A stretch of 64,000 nucleotides of DNA from Alphaproteobacteria bacterium (lineage in GTDB: Bacteria > Pseudomonadota > Alphaproteobacteria > MPNO01). Below the pieces are notes generated by a model. It made no database searches. It worked only from the letters and a program-made list of their open reading frames with translations, and was not told the origin of the DNA. The translations under genes and the position numbers were made by a program. Location of the stretch: NCBI GenBank assembly GCA_965248835.1, contig CBDFLJ010000001.1:2036939-2100938 (forward strand), given 5' to 3'. This document shows positions 21,389 through 33,902 of the stretch, piece by piece. Each line of letters opens with the position of its first letter. Position 1 is the stretch's first letter.

Positions 21389-22918
21389 ATGGTGAGAAGC
21401 GAGAGTCCTTTGGTTGCCCGCGTCCACACCGCCGCATTCCAAGGGATCGAGGTCCTCGATATCGAAGTCCAGGTCCAGGTGGCGAGCGGGTTGCCGGCGT
21501 TCACGATCGTCGGGTTGCCGGACAAGGCGGTCGTGGAGTCGCGCGAGCGGGTGCGCGCGGCCCTGGTCTCGATCGGGCTTGCGCTGCCGCCCCGGCGGAT
21601 CACGGTCAACCTGTCGCCGGCCGACGTGCTGAAGGAAGGCAGTCATTTCGACCTGCCGATCGCGCTCGCCGTGCTGATCGCGATGGAGGTTCTGCCGTCG
21701 GATGCCGCCGACGGCTACACCGTGCTCGGCGAGCTCGCGCTCGACGGATCGATCCGCCCGGTTGCGGGCGTTCTGCTGGCCGCAATGGGGGCCGCCGCGC
21801 AGGACCGCGGGATCATCTGCCCGGCGTCGGCCGGCGGGGAGGCCGCCTTCGCCGGCGAGATCGACGTGCTGGCGCCCGAGGGGCTGATCCAACTGGTGAA
21901 CCATTACAAGGGCGTCCAGGTGCTCACCCCGCCCGAGCCGCGGCTTGCCGAGCCCGACGCCGCGACCTCCGATCTGCGCGACATCAAAGGCCAGGAATCC
22001 GCCAAGCGCGCGCTCGAGATCGCGGCCTCGGGAGGCCACAACCTGCTGATGATCGGCCCGCCGGGCGCCGGGAAGTCGATGCTGGCAGCCCGCCTCCCCG
22101 GCATCCTGCCGCCGCTCGACGCCGCCGAGACGCTGGAGATCTCGATGATCCATTCGGTTGCCGGCGCGATCACCGACGGAACGCTGTCGCGCACCCGGCC
22201 ATTCCGCGACCCGCACCATTCGGCCTCGGTCGCCGCGATCGTCGGCGGCGGCACCCGCGCGCGCCCAGGCGAGGTCTCGCTCGCCCATAACGGGGTGCTG
22301 TTCCTCGATGAGCTGCCGGAGTTCAGCCGCGCCGCGCTGGAGGCGCTGCGCCAGCCGATCGAGTCGGGCCAGGCGGTGATCGCACGCGCCAACGCGCACG
22401 TGCGCTACCCCGCGCGGTTCCAGCTCGTTGCCGCGATGAACCCCTGTCGGTGCGGCTGGCTCGACGATCCGGGCCAGGCCTGCAGCCGCGCGCCGCGCTG
22501 TGCGACGGACTACCAGGCGCGGATCTCCGGGCCGTTGTTCGACCGCATCGAGATGCATATCGACGTGCCGGCCGTCAGCCCTGCCGACCTCGACCTGCCG
22601 CCGCCGGCCGAGGGCTCGGCCGAGATCGCCGCCCGCGTGACCGCGGCCCGCGCGGTCCAGGCCGCGCGCTACGACGGCGAGGGGATCCGCACCAATGCCG
22701 AGGCCGAGGGCGAGCGCCTGGAAGAAGCCGCCGCGCCCGAAGCCGACGGCCGCAAGCTGCTGGTCGAAGCGGCCGAGCGTCTCAGGCTCACCGCGCGCGG
22801 TTACCACCGCGTGATGCGCGTTGCGCGGACCATCGCCGATCTCGACGGCGCCGAGACCGTCCGCCGCCCGCACGTCGCCGAGGCGCTAAGCTATCGCCGC
22901 ATCGCACCGGGGCGGTGA
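21389..22918 (+). CDS. YifB/ComM-family Mg-chelatase-like AAA+ ATPase
   Basis: Lon-protease-like N-domain, Walker A MIGPPGAGKSM, GVLFLDELPEF, and a C-terminal ChlI-like domain. Confidence 0.9.
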   Translation: MVRSESPLVARVHTAAFQGIEVLDIEVQVQVASGLPAFTIVGLPDKAVVESRERVRAALVSIGLALPPRRITVNLSPADVLKEGSHFDLPIALAVLIAMEVLPSDAADGYTVLGELALDGSIRPVAGVLLAAMGAAAQDRGIICPASAGGEAAFAGEIDVLAPEGLIQLVNHYKGVQVLTPPEPRLAEPDAATSDLRDIKGQESAKRALEIAASGGHNLLMIGPPGAGKSMLAARLPGILPPLDAAETLEISMIHSVAGAITDGTLSRTRPFRDPHHSASVAAIVGGGTRARPGEVSLAHNGVLFLDELPEFSRAALEALRQPIESGQAVIARANAHVRYPARFQLVAAMNPCRCGWLDDPGQACSRAPRCATDYQARISGPLFDRIEMHIDVPAVSPADLDLPPPAEGSAEIAARVTAARAVQAARYDGEGIRTNAEAEGERLEEAAAPEADGRKLLVEAAERLRLTARGYHRVMRVARTIADLDGAETVRRPHVAEALSYRRIAPGR

Positions 22919-22970
22919 CATATGAGCTTCCGCAAGCCCCGGGGCCGGTCCGGCTCGTTGGGGACAGGCT

Positions 22971-24023
22971 CTATCGCCAGCCAACACTGTCGAAGATCTT
23001 GACCGCCTTGGCGTTGTTCTCGCCCAGCACCCTGAGCGCGAGCCCGTCGCCGTTGAATTCGCCCAGCGCGGCGAGGGCGGCGGAGGGCGAGATGCCCTCG
23101 CGGACCGGGAACTCGTGGCCTACGGTGGCATAGATGCGCTGGGCCTCGGGACCGGCGAGGTATTCGATCAGGCGCACCGCGTTATCCCGGTTTTTGGCAT
23201 GCTTGGTGACGGCCGCGCCGCTGATGTTGAGATGGACGCCGCGGCCCCGCTGGTTGGGCCAGAACAGCTTGACCTTGGCGACGACCTCCTTGTCGCGCCG
23301 CTTGGTCGAGGTCATCAGACGCACATAGTAGTAATGGTTGGCGATCGCCACGCCGCCGACGCCCGCGGCCAGCCCGCGGAGTTGGTCGGTATCCCCGCCC
23401 TGCGGCTTGCGGGCGAGGTTTGCGACCATCCCGCGCGCCCAGGCCTCGGCCGCCGCGGCGCCGTGATGGTGGATCAGCGAGGCCAGCAGCGACTGGTTGT
23501 AGATGTTCGATGAGGACCGGATCAGGATGCGGCCCTTCCATGCCGCGTCCGCAAGCGCCTCATAGCTCGACAGGTCGGCCGGCTTGACCCGGTCGACGGC
23601 GTAGAACAGCGCACGCGCGCGAACACCGAGCCCGAACCAGTAGCCGTCGGGGTCGCGGTAGCGTGCCGGGATCGAGCGCGTGAGCACGTCCGAGCGCACC
23701 GCCTGGAGGATCGCCATGCGTTTGGCGCGGACCAGTCGGCCGGCATCGACGGTCAACAGGACGTCGGCCGGCGTGTTGCGCCCCTCGGCCTTGATTCGTT
23801 GGGCCAACGCGTCGGCCTTTCCCGTCACCAAATTGTAGCCGATGCCTGTCGCCGCTCCGAAGGCGTCGAGCTGCGGCTTGATAAGCCGCTCCTTGCGGTA
23901 GGAGTAGATGTTAACCTCGCCCGCGCACGCCGCGATGTCGCCGGCAAGCATTGCCGCGCTTGCGGCCACCAGCAACGAAGCGGCGCATCGGACACCCCGT
24001 GGGAACGACCCAATCGCGTTCAT
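22971..24023 (-). CDS. Fe(3+) ABC transporter substrate-binding protein (FbpA/AfuA-like)
   Basis: Signal peptide from the internal ATG at 24023 (MNAIGSF...LVAASAAMLAG). NIYSYRKERLIKPQLDAF and ADVLLTVDAGRL are typical of ferric-binding proteins. Confidence 0.8.
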   Translation of the reverse strand: MNAIGSFPRGVRCAASLLVAASAAMLAGDIAACAGEVNIYSYRKERLIKPQLDAFGAATGIGYNLVTGKADALAQRIKAEGRNTPADVLLTVDAGRLVRAKRMAILQAVRSDVLTRSIPARYRDPDGYWFGLGVRARALFYAVDRVKPADLSSYEALADAAWKGRILIRSSSNIYNQSLLASLIHHHGAAAAEAWARGMVANLARKPQGGDTDQLRGLAAGVGGVAIANHYYYVRLMTSTKRRDKEVVAKVKLFWPNQRGRGVHLNISGAAVTKHAKNRDNAVRLIEYLAGPEAQRIYATVGHEFPVREGISPSAALAALGEFNGDGLALRVLGENNAKAVKIFDSVGWR

Positions 24024-24203
24024 CCTGTCAACCTCCGAACCATCAGAAAACGTAGTTGCAAATGCGAATGACTTGCAGTCGCAATTTATCGCCACGCCGC
24101 CCCCACAGCAAGACCGCCGCGCGCCTTTGCGCGGTTCCGCGACGTTTCGCCGCACCTTGCAACGCCGGCCGGCGGAGCCCCCAGAACTTGTTCCGAACAA
24201 GCC

Positions 24204-26996
<2,793 letters not shown>

Positions 26997-27075
26997 CGCC
27001 CCTTCCCGCCGAATGGCCTGGACAAGCCCGGAGGATGCTAGATGGCCCGGCCCGTGTCGAGACCGCGCCGCGGTG

Positions 27076-28365
27076 TCAGGGCGCGTTCCGTGCGAGCACG
27101 CTGCCGACCAGGTAGAGCGAGCCGCAGATCAGGATCCGCGAAGGCGTCGGATCCTCGCGTGCGATCGCGGTGACCGCTTCGGCCACGTCGGCGTGTGCCG
27201 AGGCCGGCACGCCCAACGCCGAGCCCGCGGCAACCAGGGTGTCCGGGCTGTGGCATTCGGCGGCGCCGGGAATCGGCACTGCCCGCAGCGAGCGGGCGTG
27301 GCGGGCGAGCGGGATCAGGAACTCCGCCGGCGGCCGGTTGGCGAGATGGCCCATCACGATGTGGAGCGGACGGTCGCCCCATCCGCGCGCGACCTCGGCA
27401 AGCGCCGCACCGGCGGCCCCGTTATGGCCGCCATCGAGCCACAGCTCGTGCCGCGGCCCGGCCTTGCGGGGCAGGCTGCCCTCCGGCAGGTGCTGGAGCC
27501 GACCCGGCCAGCGCGCCGCGGCGATGCCCTCGGCGATCGCCTCGACCGCGATCTTCGGCGCGGGCAGGGCTCGGACCGCCGCCGCAGAGAGCGCCGCGTT
27601 GGCGCGCTGGTGCGGGCCGAACAATCCCGGGGCAGGCAGGTCCAGCGCCAGCGTGCCGTCGCTATAGGTCGTTGCGGAATGGCACCACTCCCGTCCGTGC
27701 CGACGCAGCGGCGCGCCGACCTCGGCCGCGCGCGCGGCGATCACCGCCGCGGCTTCCTCGGTCTGCTCGCCGATCACCGCGGTGACGCCGGGCTTCAGGA
27801 TGCCGGCCTTCTCGAAGGCGATCGCAGCGATCGTCTCGCCCAGGAAGCGCGTGTGATCGCGCGAGACCGGGGTGATGATCGACAGCACCGGGTCGTCCAG
27901 CACGTTGGTCGCATCGAACCGGCCGCCCAGCCCGGTCTCGACCAGCGCGAGGTCCGCAGCGCTGCGTGACATCGCAAGCAACCCCGCCGCCGTCGTGATC
28001 TCGAAGAACGTGATCGGCTGGTTCCGGTTGGCGCGCTCGCATTCGGCCAGGATCTCGCCCAGCAAATCGTCCTCGATCGGCCGGCCGCCGAGCACGATGC
28101 GCTCGTTGAACCGGACCAGATGGGGCGAGGTGTAGGCATGGACCGAAAGCCCGGCCGCTCGGCAAATCGCCGCCAGGAAGGCGATCACCGAGCCCTTGCC
28201 GTTGGTGCCCGCGATATGGATCACCGGCGGCAGCCGGTCCTCGGGGCGGTCGAGCGCATCGAGCAGGCGCCGGATGCGCTCCAGGCTCAGGTCGATGAGC
28301 TTGGGATGCAGACGGGTAAGCCGTTGCAGGACGGGCTCACTCGCCAACGGCTGCGCCCGGGGCAT
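27076..28365 (-). CDS. folC: Bifunctional folylpolyglutamate synthase/dihydrofolate synthase
   Basis: IHIAGTNGKGS P-loop and a Mur-ligase fold. The ATG at 28365 is preferred. The upstream 24 codons of the ORF are Arg-rich and overlap accD. Confidence 0.88.
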   Translation of the reverse strand: MPRAQPLASEPVLQRLTRLHPKLIDLSLERIRRLLDALDRPEDRLPPVIHIAGTNGKGSVIAFLAAICRAAGLSVHAYTSPHLVRFNERIVLGGRPIEDDLLGEILAECERANRNQPITFFEITTAAGLLAMSRSAADLALVETGLGGRFDATNVLDDPVLSIITPVSRDHTRFLGETIAAIAFEKAGILKPGVTAVIGEQTEEAAAVIAARAAEVGAPLRRHGREWCHSATTYSDGTLALDLPAPGLFGPHQRANAALSAAAVRALPAPKIAVEAIAEGIAAARWPGRLQHLPEGSLPRKAGPRHELWLDGGHNGAAGAALAEVARGWGDRPLHIVMGHLANRPPAEFLIPLARHARSLRAVPIPGAAECHSPDTLVAAGSALGVPASAHADVAEAVTAIAREDPTPSRILICGSLYLVGSVLARNAP

Positions 28366-29317
28366 CCTCGACGGGTTCTTCGGCGGTCTCCGCTGCCTCG
28401 ACCTCCTGCGCCGGCGCGTCGTCCGCGCCGGGCTCATCGGACGGCTCCGCGCCGGTCTGCGGCACGGCCGCGGTCTTGTTCATCAACAGATCGACCACAT
28501 CGATCAGCGTCTCGCGCAGGTCCGTCCGGGGCACCACCATATCGACCATTCCGTGCTCGAGCAGATACTCGGCTCTCTGGAAGCCCTCAGGCAGGGTCTC
28601 GCGGATGGTCTCCTCGATCACCCGCCGGCCGGCGAAGCCGATCAGCGCGCCCGGCTCGGCCAAGGCGATGTCGCCCAGCATGGCGAACGACGCCGACACG
28701 CCGCCGGTGGTGGGATCGGCCAGGACGACGATGAAGGGCAAGCCGGCCTCCCTGACCCGCTGCACCCCGATGGTCGAGCGCGGCATCTGCATCAGCGACA
28801 GGATGCCTTCCTGCATCCGCGCACCGCCCGAGGACGGGAAGACGATCAGCGCGGCGCCATCGGCCACCGCGCGGTCCGCCGCGGCAACGATGCCGTTGCC
28901 GACCGCGATGCCCATCGAGCCGCCCATGAACTGGAAGTCGAAAGCCGCGAGCACCGCCGGGTTGCCGCCCAGGCTGCCGGCAGCAACAGTGATCGCATCC
29001 CGGGCGCCGGAGGACGAACGGCTGTCGCGCAGCCGTTCGGAATAGCGCTTGCGGTCGCGGAAGCGCAGCGGGTCGACATTGCAGGGCGGCAGGTCGACCA
29101 GCGTCCAGCTATCGGCATCGAGTATCGACACGATGCGCTTTTGCGCATCCAGCCGCATGTGGTGGTCGCAGTGGGGGCACACGTTGAGCGTCAGCTCGAG
29201 CTCGCGATGAAAGATCATCTGTTCGCAGGCCGGGCATTGCGACCAGAGGTTTTCGGGAATCTCCGGCTTTTTGACCAGCGCCCGGATCTTGGGAGGGATG
29301 TTGGTAAGCCAGCTCAT
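28337..29317 (-). CDS. accD: Acetyl-CoA carboxylase carboxyltransferase beta subunit
   Basis: N-terminal zinc ribbon CPACEQMIFHRELELTLNVCPHCDHH and the carboxyltransferase core. Confidence 0.93.
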   Translation of the reverse strand: MSWLTNIPPKIRALVKKPEIPENLWSQCPACEQMIFHRELELTLNVCPHCDHHMRLDAQKRIVSILDADSWTLVDLPPCNVDPLRFRDRKRYSERLRDSRSSSGARDAITVAAGSLGGNPAVLAAFDFQFMGGSMGIAVGNGIVAAADRAVADGAALIVFPSSGGARMQEGILSLMQMPRSTIGVQRVREAGLPFIVVLADPTTGGVSASFAMLGDIALAEPGALIGFAGRRVIEETIRETLPEGFQRAEYLLEHGMVDMVVPRTDLRETLIDVVDLLMNKTAAVPQTGAEPSDEPGADDAPAQEVEAAETAEEPVEDAPGAAVGE

Positions 29318-29343
29318 CGATCGATGCTCTCACCCTGCCGTCG

Positions 29344-30186
29344 TCACCCGCCGCGGGCGGGGCCATGGACGCCCTGGGCCAGCGTGCGCACGAAGTCGGC
29401 CACCGCCTGCGCGCATGACGGTCGCGCCCTGCCGGCCTCATCCAGGCTCTGCGCGATGCGCTCGACGATCGCCGAACCGACCACCACGGCATCGGCGACG
29501 GCGGCGATCTCGGCGGCCTGTTCGGGGCTGCGGACGCCGAATCCGACCGCGACGGGCAACGGCGACGCGGCGCGGATGCGCGCCAGCCCGCGCTCGACCT
29601 CGCCGCGCACGGCCGACTTGGTGCCGGTGATGCCGGTCACCGAGACGTAATAGATGAATCCGTCGCAGTTTACCAAGATTTGGTGAAGCCGGGCTTCGTC
29701 GGTGGTCGGCGCGACCAGGCGGATCACCGCGAGCCCTGCCGCCCGTGCCGGCGCGCGCAGGCAGGCGTCCTCTTCCGGCGGCAGGTCGACCACGATCAGC
29801 CCGTCGACCCCGGAAGCGGCGGCGTCGGCGAGGAACGCCTCGGTTCCATAGCGGTGGATCGGGTTGAAATAGCCCATCAGCACCAGCGGGGTGGACTGAT
29901 CGGATCGCCGGAAGTCGCCCACCATCGACAGGGTGCGCGCCATGGTCTGGCCGGCCGCCAACGCCCGGTCGCCGGCATGCTGGATCGACGGGCCGTCGGC
30001 CATCGGGTCGCTGAACGGCATGCCGATCTCGATCAGGTCGGCGCCCGCCTCAGGCAGCCGGGCGAGGATCGCCGCCGAGGTCTCCGCGTCGGGATCGCCG
30101 GCGGTCACGAACGGGATAAAGGCCGCCCGTCCTTCGGCTCTCAGGGCCGAAAAGCGTTGGGCGATGCGTGCGGCACCGGCGGTCAC
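29344..30186 (-). CDS. trpA: Tryptophan synthase alpha chain
   Basis: [29 protein letters not shown]. The GTG at 30186 forms a GTGA overlap with the trpB stop. Confidence 0.92.
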   Translation of the reverse strand: MTAGAARIAQRFSALRAEGRAAFIPFVTAGDPDAETSAAILARLPEAGADLIEIGMPFSDPMADGPSIQHAGDRALAAGQTMARTLSMVGDFRRSDQSTPLVLMGYFNPIHRYGTEAFLADAAASGVDGLIVVDLPPEEDACLRAPARAAGLAVIRLVAPTTDEARLHQILVNCDGFIYYVSVTGITGTKSAVRGEVERGLARIRAASPLPVAVGFGVRSPEQAAEIAAVADAVVVGSAIVERIAQSLDEAGRARPSCAQAVADFVRTLAQGVHGPARGG

Positions 30187-31394
30187 AGAGACACCCCCAG
30201 CGCTTCGGCAACGGTGAAGACGTCCTTGTCGCCGCGCCCGCACATATTCATGACCAGCAGGTGATCGGCGGGCAGCGCAGGTGCGATCCGCGCCACATGG
30301 GCCAGCGCGTGGGCGGGCTCCAGCGCGGGCAGAATACCCTCCAGCCGGCTGCAGAGCTGGAAGGCCTCCAGCGCCTGCGCATCGGTCACCGAGACATAGC
30401 TGACCCGCCCGAGGTCATGCAGCCAGGCATGCTCCGGCCCGACGCCGGGATAGTCGAGCCCGGCGGAGATCGAATGAGCCTCCTGGATCTGGCCGTCGTC
30501 GTCCTGCAGCAGATAGGTCCGGTTGCCGTGCAGCACACCCGGTCTGCCGGCGGTGAGCGAGGCGGCGTGGCGGCCGGATTCCAGGCCGAGACCGGCCGCC
30601 TCGACCGCGTCGATACGGATGTCCGGCTCGTCGAGGAAGGGATGGAACAGGCCCATCGCGTTCGATCCGCCGCCGATGCAGGCAACCAGCGTATCGGGCA
30701 ACCGGCCCTCGGCGGCGATGATCTGCTCGCGCACCTCCCTGCCGATCACCGACTGAAAGTCGCGCACCATCTCGGGATAGGGGTGCGGGCCGGCAACGGT
30801 GCCGATCACGTAGAACGTGTCCTCGACGTTGGCGACCCAGTCGCGCAGGGTTTCGTTCATCGCGTCCTTGAGCGTCCGGCTGCCCGAGGTGACCGGCACG
30901 ACTTCGGCACCGAGGAGCTTCATGCGGAAGACGTTGGGCGCCTGGCGCACGATATCGGTCTCACCCATGTAGACCGTGCAAGGCAGATCGAACAGCGCGC
31001 AGACCGTTGCTGTAGCGACCCCGTGCTGACCGGCGCCGGTCTCTGCGATGATCCGTGTCTTGCCCATGCGCCGGGCGAGCAGGATCTGGCCCATGGTGTT
31101 GTTGATCTTGTGCGCGCCGGTGTGGTTGAGCTCGTCGCGCTTGAAATAGATCTTCGCCCCGCCCAAATGCTCGCTCAGCCGCCTTGCATGGTATAGTGGG
31201 CTCGGCCGGCCGACATAATGGGCGAGGTAGTAAGAGAGCTCGACCGCGAAGTCCGGGTCCGCCTGGACATCCCGGTAGGCGCGCTCGACCTCCAGGACGA
31301 GCGGCATGAGGGTTTCGGCGACATAGCGGCCGCCGAACGGTCCGAAATGGCCCTCGGCGTCGGGCCCGTCGCGATAGGTGTTGCGGCTCTCCAT
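30183..31394 (-). CDS. trpB: Tryptophan synthase beta chain
   Basis: [16 protein letters not shown], and [11 protein letters not shown] containing the PLP lysine. The ATG at 31394 is preferred over the TTG at 31421. Confidence 0.95.
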   Translation of the reverse strand: MESRNTYRDGPDAEGHFGPFGGRYVAETLMPLVLEVERAYRDVQADPDFAVELSYYLAHYVGRPSPLYHARRLSEHLGGAKIYFKRDELNHTGAHKINNTMGQILLARRMGKTRIIAETGAGQHGVATATVCALFDLPCTVYMGETDIVRQAPNVFRMKLLGAEVVPVTSGSRTLKDAMNETLRDWVANVEDTFYVIGTVAGPHPYPEMVRDFQSVIGREVREQIIAAEGRLPDTLVACIGGGSNAMGLFHPFLDEPDIRIDAVEAAGLGLESGRHAASLTAGRPGVLHGNRTYLLQDDDGQIQEAHSISAGLDYPGVGPEHAWLHDLGRVSYVSVTDAQALEAFQLCSRLEGILPALEPAHALAHVARIAPALPADHLLVMNMCGRGDKDVFTVAEALGVSL

Positions 31395-31417
31395 CGGCTG
31401 ATCCGTTCCGCCGGGGC

Positions 31418-32065
31418 TCAAAGCGCCGCCACCGCGGCGAGAAAGGCCGCGACCCTGGCGGGGTCCTTCACGCCCGGCGCGACCTCGACGCCGGAAGATA
31501 CATCAACCGCCGGCGCGCCGCTGGTGCGCACCGCCTCGGCCACGTTCTCCGGCGTCAGCCCGCCGGACAGCATCCACGGCCAGGACCGGTCCCGCCCGCC
31601 AAGGATGCGCCAGTCGAAGCTCAATGCGTTGCCCCCCGGCATGAAATCGCCGCCCGAGGCGGGCGCCTTGGCGTCGAACAGCAGCCTGTCGGCAACCCCG
31701 GCATAGCTCTCGGCGAGCGCAAGGTCCTCGGCGGCCGAGACCTTGATCGCCTTCATCACCGGGCGTCCGGTACGCCGCTTGATCTCGGCCACGCGCGCAG
31801 GGCTTTCGCTGCCGTGGAGTTGCAAGAGGTCGAGCCGGACGGTCTCCAGCATCGCCTCCAGCGCTTCGTCCGGCGGGTCGACGAACAGCCCGACGACGGT
31901 CATCTCCCGCGGCGCGGCGGCGGCGAGGAGCGCCGCCTCCTCAGCGCTGACATTGCGCGGGGATCTGGGAAAGAACACCAGCCCGATCTCGGCCGCGCCA
32001 TGGGCGACGGCGGCTTGCAGGATTTCCGGCCGGCGCACGCCGCAGATCTTCGCGCTCACGGCCAT
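31418..32065 (-). CDS. trpF: Phosphoribosylanthranilate isomerase
   Basis: [10 protein letters not shown] start, LLQLHGSE, and SGGLTPENV. The 130 codons upstream in the ORF are Arg/Gly-rich and are not considered coding. Confidence 0.9.
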   Translation of the reverse strand: MAVSAKICGVRRPEILQAAVAHGAAEIGLVFFPRSPRNVSAEEAALLAAAAPREMTVVGLFVDPPDEALEAMLETVRLDLLQLHGSESPARVAEIKRRTGRPVMKAIKVSAAEDLALAESYAGVADRLLFDAKAPASGGDFMPGGNALSFDWRILGGRDRSWPWMLSGGLTPENVAEAVRTSGAPAVDVSSGVEVAPGVKDPARVAAFLAAVAAL

Positions 32066-32187
32066 CACGCCGCCGCCTCGCGCGCGGGCTCCGCCGTGGT
32101 GAGGTCCTCCAGCGCTGTGCAGGGTGCGCGGAAAGCCGTGCGCGCGCCGTCGATCTCTTCGGCGGAGATGTAACGCATCGGTCCGGC

Positions 32188-32553
32188 TTACCGGGCCCGC
32201 GAGCGCAGGCCAAGCCTGGGTATCAGGCTCCTGGGCAGCGCGACCGCCCGGGTGGCCGGGCCGCCGGCCTGGGCCGATTGCTCCTGCGCGCTCGACAGCT
32301 CGCGGGCAAGCGCGCTCGCCTTGCGCTCGCCCACCCGCGCCTTGCGGCGCCATCTGGTATCGGAGAGCCACTGCACCAAGCCGCCGATCAGCACGCCGAT
32401 CACCAGCGCGCCCAGCACCGCCAGATAGACCGGCAGATCGACCGCGAACGGCAGCGGCCACAGCTCCAGCGTGACCGGTTGCCGGTTCGCCACAGCGAAA
32501 ACGATGACGATCGCGGCAACCGGGATGAAGACGAGCCTGGAGAGAAGCTTCAT
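32188..32553 (-). CDS. LapA/DUF1049-family inner-membrane protein
   Basis: Two TM helices plus a basic coiled tail (WRRKARVGERKASALAREL). Usual position between ihfB and trpF. Confidence 0.75.
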   Translation of the reverse strand: MKLLSRLVFIPVAAIVIVFAVANRQPVTLELWPLPFAVDLPVYLAVLGALVIGVLIGGLVQWLSDTRWRRKARVGERKASALARELSSAQEQSAQAGGPATRAVALPRSLIPRLGLRSRAR

Positions 32554-32593
32554 CCGCGGCCTAGCGCGCGTCCGGCGCCCGGCAGCGGTCGGT

Positions 32594-32878
32594 TCAGGGC
32601 TGGGTGTTCAGCCGGTCGCGCAGGTCTCTGCCGGCCTTGAAGAAGGGGACATGCTTCTGCTCGACCGCGACCGACTCGCCGGTCCGCGGGTTGCGGCCGA
32701 TGCGGGCGGCGCGCGCCTTGACCGAGAACGCGCCGAAGCCGCGCAGCTCGACCCTGTCGCCGCGCGAAAGCGCGCCGGAAATCTCCTCGAAGATGGTCGA
32801 GACGATGCGTTCCACGTCGCGCTGGTAGAGATGGGGGTTGCGTTCCGCCAAGCGCTGGATCAGCTCGGACTTGGTCAT
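32594..32878 (-). CDS. ihfB: Integration host factor subunit beta
   Basis: [12 protein letters not shown]...[28 protein letters not shown]. Confidence 0.93.
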   Translation of the reverse strand: MTKSELIQRLAERNPHLYQRDVERIVSTIFEEISGALSRGDRVELRGFGAFSVKARAARIGRNPRTGESVAVEQKHVPFFKAGRDLRDRLNTQP

Positions 32879-32947
32879 CGTGGATCGCGCCCCCGCCCCG
32901 CTCTGCGTGCCGCCGCCATGGTGCCGCACGGCCGTCCTGAAGAGACA

Positions 32948-33859
32948 TCAACGCGACCAAGGGTGCCAGACCGACACGAGACCGTCAAGGGTAAGCCGTT
33001 CAGAGAAAATCGTTTTTTCACCCAGCGCGGTCGCACGCCGGAGCATGTCGGCGAACCTTTTCCGGTCTTGGACATCGCGTACGGGAAGGTCCTCGGCCAG
33101 ACCCTTGGTGTGCTCCAGCCAAGCGACCGCCTCGTCCTCGCCGCCGATCGCATCGATGAGCTTTGCCTCCAGCGCGCGGCGGCCGGAATAGACCCGGCCG
33201 TCGCCGACCCGGGCCAGCGCCTCGCCACCGAGCTTGCGCCGCTCGCCCACCATGTCGAGGAACATCTTATGGGAGTCCGCGATCATCTCGCGCAGTGCGG
33301 CGCGGACCGGCTCGGTCATCGGCTCGAACGGTGAGGGGGTGGCCTTGAGCGGGCCGCTCTTGATCGCCTCGGCCGAGATCCCGAGCTTGTTCAGCAGGCC
33401 GGAGATCTCGGTCGTCTGCATGACCACGCCGACGGAGCCGGTGATCGTCCCCTCGCGGGCGTAGACCCGGTCGGCTGCGATTGCCGTCATGTATCCTGCC
33501 GAGGTTGCGATCTCGCCCATGACCGCGACCACCGGCTTGGACTTCGCGACCGCTCGGAGGGCGCGGTGAAGCGCCTCGCCGCCGACCACCGAGCCGCCGG
33601 GGCTGTCGATATGGAGGATCAGAGCCTCCGCATCGCCGTCTTCGGCGATCTGGGCAAGGGTTTCGCGGCGCGTTCTGTCGTCGCTGATGATCCCGTCGAC
33701 CGCGTAGCGCGCGATATAGGCGCCACCCGACAGCCCGTTGAACCGGCCGACCGCGGCCACTGCCGCGCCCGCCAAGGCGACGATCGCCAGCGCCCGCCAC
33801 CACGACAGCCGCCTCGCAAGGCGGCGCCGGTCGAGAAGAAAATCGCCATCGATCGACAT
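32948..33859 (-). CDS. sppA: Signal peptide peptidase SppA (36K type)
   Basis: LHIDSPGGSVVG and GEIATSAGYM serine-protease motifs. The ATG at 33859 is preferred over the TTG at 33865. Confidence 0.88.
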   Translation of the reverse strand: MSIDGDFLLDRRRLARRLSWWRALAIVALAGAAVAAVGRFNGLSGGAYIARYAVDGIISDDRTRRETLAQIAEDGDAEALILHIDSPGGSVVGGEALHRALRAVAKSKPVVAVMGEIATSAGYMTAIAADRVYAREGTITGSVGVVMQTTEISGLLNKLGISAEAIKSGPLKATPSPFEPMTEPVRAALREMIADSHKMFLDMVGERRKLGGEALARVGDGRVYSGRRALEAKLIDAIGGEDEAVAWLEHTKGLAEDLPVRDVQDRKRFADMLRRATALGEKTIFSERLTLDGLVSVWHPWSR

Positions 33860-33902
33860 GATCAACCCGTGCCGCGGCGATCATGCGGTCCGGCGGGCGG
33901 GC

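Noticed and set aside
31418-32461. 347-aa version of trpF, and similar N-terminally extended ORFs (6699-7970, 17655-18755, 22971-24200, 27076-28437)
   Set aside because: The extensions are Arg/Gly/Ala-rich, have no homology-like motifs, and overlap neighbouring genes. Internal starts give proteins of canonical length.
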